DNA of 64,000 bases from the human T2T-CHM13v2.0 reference genome, Homo sapiens: assembly GCF_009914755.1 (NCBI RefSeq), contig NC_060933.1; one strand, 5' to 3'. How positions within the stretch are numbered: position 1 is the stretch's first letter; every line of letters starts with the position of its first letter. A program made the translations under genes and the position numbers. The notes under the pieces were generated by a model that searched no databases, had not been told where the DNA came from, and saw nothing but the letters and a program-made list of their open reading frames with translations. Below are positions 59,010-64,000 of this stretch, one piece after another.

Positions 59010-60593
59010 ATGGAATGGAATGGAATGGAATGGAATGGTATGGAACGGAATGGAATGGTACGGAATAGAATGGAATGGAACGAATTGTAATGGAACGGAA
59101 TTGAATGGAATGGAATAGAATCAACGCGAGTGCAGGGGAATGTAATGGAACGGAATGCAATGGAATGGAATCATCCGGAATGGAATGGAATGGAATGGAA
59201 TGGAATGGAATGGAATGGAATCAACCCGAGTGCAATGGAATGGAGTGGAATGGAATGGAATGGAATGGAACAACCCGAATGGAGTGGAATGTAATGGAGA
59301 GTAAGGGAGTTGAATAGAATCAATCCGAATGTAATGGAATGGAATGCAACGGAATGGAATGGAATGGAATGGAATGGAATGCAATGGAATTGAATCAACC
59401 CGAGTACAATGGAATGGAATGGAATGGAAAGGAATGGAATGGAATGGAATGATACGGAATAGAATGGAATGGAACGAAATGGAATGGAATGGAATGGAAT
59501 GGAATGGAATGGAATGGAATGAAATGGAATCGTTCCGAGTGGAATAGGAGGGAATGTGTTCGAGTGGAATGGAAAGGAATGGTATCAACCAGAGTAGAAT
59601 GGAAGGGAATGGAATGGAATGGAAACTAATAGAATGGAATCAACCCGAGTGGAATGGAATGGAAAGGACTGGAATGGAATGGAATGGAATGGAATCAACT
59701 CGATTGTAATGGAATGGAATGGAATGGAATGGAATGGAATGGAATGGAATTAACCCGAATACAATGGAATGGAATGGAATGGAACGGAATGGAGTGGAAT
59801 GGAATGGAATCAACCCGAGTGCAGGGCAATGGAATGGAATGGAATGCAATGGAATGGAATCATCCGGAATGGAATGGAATGGAATTGAATGCAAAGCAAT
59901 GGAATCAACTCGATTGCAATGGAATGGAATGGAATGGAAAGGAATACATTGGAATCAACGCGAGTGGAATGGAATGGAAAGGACTGGAATGGAGTGGAAT
60001 GGAATGGAATGGAATGGAATGGAATGGAGTCAACTCGATTGGAATTAAATGGAATGGAATGGAATGGAATTAACCCGAATAGAATGGAATGGAATGGAAT
60101 GGAACGGAACGGAATGGAATGGAATGGAATGGAATGGAATGGAATCAACCCGACTGCAGGGTAATGGAATGGAATGGAATGCAATGGAATGGATTCAACT
60201 TGAATGGAATGGAAAGAATGGAATCAACACGAGTGGAATGGCATGGATTGGAATGGAATGGAATGGAATCAACCCGAGTACAGCGGAATGGAATGGAATC
60301 GAATGCAATGGAATGGAATCATCCGTAATGGAATGGAAAGGAATGGAATGGAATGGAATAGAATGGAATGGAATCAACTCGATTGCAATCGAATGGAATG
60401 GAATGGAATTAACCCGAATAGAATGGAATGGAATGGAATGGAACGGAACGGAACGGAATGGAATGGATTGGAATGGAATGGAATGGAATGGAATGGAACG
60501 GAACGGAACGGAATGGATGGAATGGAATGGAATGGAATGGAATGGAATGAACGCGAGTGCAGGGGAATGGAATGGAATGGAATGCAATGGAAT

Positions 60594-60608
60594 GGAATCT
60601 TCCGGAAT
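60594..60608. promoter_or_regulatory. Perfect heat-shock element in the inverted arm
   Basis: gGAAt cTTCc gGAAt, also at ~61947 and ~63090; motif match only. Confidence 0.55.
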
Positions 60609-62657
60609 GGAATAGAATGGAATGGAATGGAATGAAATGCATTTGATTCAACTCGATTGCAATGGAATGGAATAGAATGGAATGGAATGGAATGGAATGG
60701 AATGGAATGGAATGGAATTAACCCGAATAGAATGGAATGGAATGGAATGGAATGGAACGGAATGGAAAGGAATGGAATGGAATGGAATGGAATGGAATGG
60801 TACGGAATAGAATGGAATGGAACGAATTGTAATGGAATTGAATTGAATGGAATGGAATGGAATGGAATGGAATCAACGCCAGTGCAGGGGAATGTAATGG
60901 AACGGAATGCAATGGAATGGAATCATCCGGAATGGAATGGAATGGAATGGAATGGAATGGAATCAACCCGAGTGCAATGGAATGGAGTGGAATGGAATGG
61001 AATGGAATGGAACAACCCAAATGGAATGGAACGTAATGGAGAGTAAGGGAGTTGAATAGAATCAATCCGAATGTAATGGAATGGAATGCAAGGGAATGGA
61101 ATAGAATGGAATGGAATGGAATGGAATGGAATGCAATGGAATGGAATCAACCCGAGTACAATGGAATGGAATGGAATGGAATGGAATGGAATGGAATGGA
61201 ATGGAATGCCTTCAAACCGAATGGAATGGAAAGGAATGGAATCAACACGAGTGGAATGGAATGGAATGGAATGGAATGGAATGGAATGGAATGATACGGA
61301 ATAGAATGGAATGGAACGAAATGGAATGGAATGGAATGGAATGGAATGGAATGGAATGGAATGGAATGGAATCGTTCCGAGTGGAATAGGTGGGAATGTA
61401 TTCGAGTGGAATGGAAAGGAATGAAATCAACCAGAGTGGAATGGAAGGGAGTGGAATGGAATGGAAACTAATAGAATGGAATCAACCCGAGTGGAATGGA
61501 ATGGAAAAGACTGGAATGGAAAGGAATGGAATGGAATGGAATGGAATCAACGCGAGTGCAGGGGAATGGAATGGAATCGAATGGAATGGAATGGAATGGA
61601 ATGGAATCAACCCGAGTGCAGGGGAATGTAATGGAACGGAATGCAATGGAATGGAATCATCCGGAATGGAATGGAATGGAATGGAATGGAATCAACCCGA
61701 GTGCAATGGAAAGGAGTGGAATGGAATGGAATGGAATGGAACAACCCGAATGGAATGGAATGTAATGGAGAGTAAGGGAGTTGAAAAGAATCAATCCTAA
61801 TGTAATGGAATGGAATGGAACGGAATGGAATGGAATGGAATGGAATGGAATGGAATGCAATGGAATGGAATCAACCCGAGTACAATGGAATGGAAAGGAA
61901 TGGAATGGAATGGAATGGAATGGAATGGAATGGAATGCAATGGAATGGAATCTTCCGGAATGGAATGGAATGGAATGGAATGGAATGCAATGGATTCAAC
62001 TCGATTGCAATGGAATGGAATAGAATGGAATGGAATGGAATGGAATGGAATGGAATTAAACCGAATAGAATGGAATGGAATGGAATGGAACGAAACGGAA
62101 CGGAACGGAACCGAACGGAGTGGAATGGAATGGAATGGAATTGTATGGAATGGAATGGAATGGTACGGAATAGAATGGAATGGAAAGAATTGGAATGGAA
62201 TGGAATCGAATGGAATGGAATGGAATCAACCCGAGTGCAGGGGAATGTAATGGAACGGAATGCAATGGAATGGAATCATCCGGAATGGAATGGAATGGAA
62301 TGGAATGGAATGGAATCAATCCGAGTGCAATGGAATGGAGTGGAATGGAATGGAATGGAACGGAACAACCCGAATGGAATGGAATGTAATGGAGAGTAAG
62401 GGAGTTGAATAGAATCAATCCGAATGTAATGGAATGGAATGGAACGGAATGGAATTGAATGGAATGGAATGGAATGCAATGGAATGGAATCAACCCGAGT
62501 GCAATGGAATGGAGAGGAATGGAATGGAATGGAATGGAAACTACCCGAATGGAATGGAATGTAATGGAGTGTAAGGGAATTGAATAGAATCAATCCGAAT
62601 GTAATGGAATGGAAGGGAATGGAATGGAATGGAATGGAATGGAATGCAATGGAATGG

Positions 62658-62815
62658 AATCAACCCGAGTGCAATCGAATGGAATCGAATGGAATGGAAT
62701 GCAATGGAATGGATTCAACTTGAATGGAATGGAAAGAATGGAATCAACACGAGTGGAAGGGCATGGATTGGAATGGAATGGAATGGAATCAACCCGAGTA
62801 CAGCGGAATGGAATG
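62658..62815 (+). other. pHuR98-like (chr9 Sat III probe-type) module; potential template for G-rich Sat III lncRNA
   Basis: AATCAACCCGAGTGCAATCG...GGATTCAACTTGAATGGAATGGAAAGAATGGAATCAACACGAGTGG...CAACCCGAGTACAG matches my recollection of the widely used chr9 Sat III probe/primer region. Many reverse-complement copies lie in the left arm. Not verified by search, and there is no expression evidence. Confidence 0.55.
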
Positions 62816-64000
62816 GAATGGAATGCAATGGAATGGAATCATCCGTAATGGAATGGAAAGGAATGGAATGGAATGGAATGGTATGGAATGGAATGGAATC
62901 AACACGATTGCAATGGAATGGAATGGAATGGAATTAACCCGAATAGAATGGAATGGAATGGAACGGAACGGAATGGAATGGAATGGAATGGAATGGAATG
63001 GAACGGAACGGAATGGAATGGAATGGAATGGAATGGAATGGAATCAACGCGAGTGCAGGGGAATGGAATGGAATGGAATGCAATGGAATGGAATCTTCCG
63101 GAATGGAATGGAATGGAATGGAATGGAATGAAATGCAATGGATTCAACTCGATTGCAATGGAATGTAATAGAATGGGATGGAATGGAATGGAATGGAATT
63201 AACCCGAATAGAATGGAATGGAATGGAATGGAATGGAATGGAACGGAATGGAACGGAATGGAATGGAATGGAATGGAATGGTATGGAATGGAATGGAATG
63301 GTACGGAATAGAATGGAATGGAACGAATTGTAATGGAATGGAATTGAATGGAAAGGAATGGAATGGAATGGAATCAACGCGAGTGCAGGGGAATGTAATG
63401 GAACGGAATGCAATGGAATGGAATCATCTGGAATAGAATGGAACGGAATGAAATGGAATGGAATCATCCCGAGTGCAATGGAATGGAGTGGAATGGCATG
63501 GAATGGAATGGAACAACCCGAATGGAATGGAATGCAATGGAGAGTAAGGGAGTTGAATAGAATCAATCCGAATGTAATGGAATGGAATGCAACGGAATGG
63601 AATGGAATGGAATGCAATGGAATGGAATGGAATGGAATCCAAAGGAATGGAATCAACCCGAGTGGAATGGCATGGAATGGAATGCAATGGATTGGAATGG
63701 AATGGAATCAACTCGAGTGGAAAGGAATGGAATGGAATGGAAAGGAGTGGAATGAAGTCAACTCGAGTGGAATGGAATGGAATGGAATGGATTGGAATGG
63801 ATTGCAATGGAATGAAATGGAATGGAATGGAATGGAATCAATCATTCCGAGTGGAATGGAAGGGAATGTAATGGAGTGGAAAGAAGGGAATGGAATCAAC
63901 CCGAGTGGAATGCAAGGCAATTGAATGGAATGGAAAGGAATGGAATGGATTCAACTCGATTGCAATGGAATGGAATGGAATGGAATGGAATGGAATGGAA

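Larger units (their letters stand above)
59010..64000 (-). repeat. HSat3 array, inverted arm (G-rich (GGAAT)n strand on +)
   Basis: Same module vocabulary in reverse complement: CAACCCGAGT, TAACCCGAAT, CAACTCGATT, GAATCTTCCGGAA, GCCTTCAAACCG. Confidence 0.97.

Noticed and set aside
58900-59100. Transposon insertion or target-site duplication at the breakpoint
   Set aside because: No Alu, L1 or LTR sequence, poly(A) tail or foreign bases; the join is direct.
58591-59160. Chimeric ORFs crossing the junction (IPFHS switching to MEWNG)
   Set aside because: They simply reflect the inversion; there is no evidence of coding function.
141-63924. Hundreds of ORFs (MEWNG- and IPFHS-repeat peptides, up to 414 aa at 23534-24778)
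   Set aside because: The pure pentamer has no stop codon in any frame and supplies ATG every 5 bp on the G-rich strand. The ORFs overlap in all frames with no domain content, so they are translation artefacts.
1-64000. CRISPR-like or other prokaryotic repeat-spacer array
   Set aside because: The interruptions are a small recurring set of pentamer-derived motifs rather than unique spacers. Repeat lengths vary and there are no cas genes or leader.
1-64000. HSat2, alpha satellite or telomeric repeat
   Set aside because: There is no 171-bp monomer or TTAGGG array. Long pure CATTC runs with TCGGGTTG interruptions indicate HSat3.
54000-64000. Perfect large palindrome or fold-back read artefact centred on the junction
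   Set aside because: Module order on the right is not the mirror image of the adjacent left arm, and the right arm has its own variants (e.g. gagtacagcgg).

Overview
The whole 64 kb is classical Human Satellite 3 (HSat3 / Satellite III): a diverged (CATTC)n/(GGAAT)n pentamer array punctuated by the typical ACTCGGGTTG/ATTCGGGTTA/AATCGAGTTG interruptions. I see no genes, RNA genes, transposons or unique sequence, and all listed ORFs are reading-frame artefacts of the pentamer (MEWNG/IPFHS). It resembles the chr9q12 stress-responsive Sat III array (pHuR98-like module; an inference from memory, not a database match). The interest is architectural. (1) A clean strand inversion at 59005-59009, joined through a 5-bp ACGGA microhomology, creates a ~50-bp near-perfect hairpin. 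(2) About 37 perfect three-pentamer heat-shock elements (aTTCc gGAAg aTTCc) are carried by one recurring module. (3) Higher-order repeats are nested at ~760 bp, ~830-850 bp, ~4.8-5.4 kb and ~10-10.3 kb, with a possible ~52-53 kb homology, visible seams and patchwork exchange. I find no support for a new protein-coding system. All coordinates were read by eye and block boundaries are approximate.
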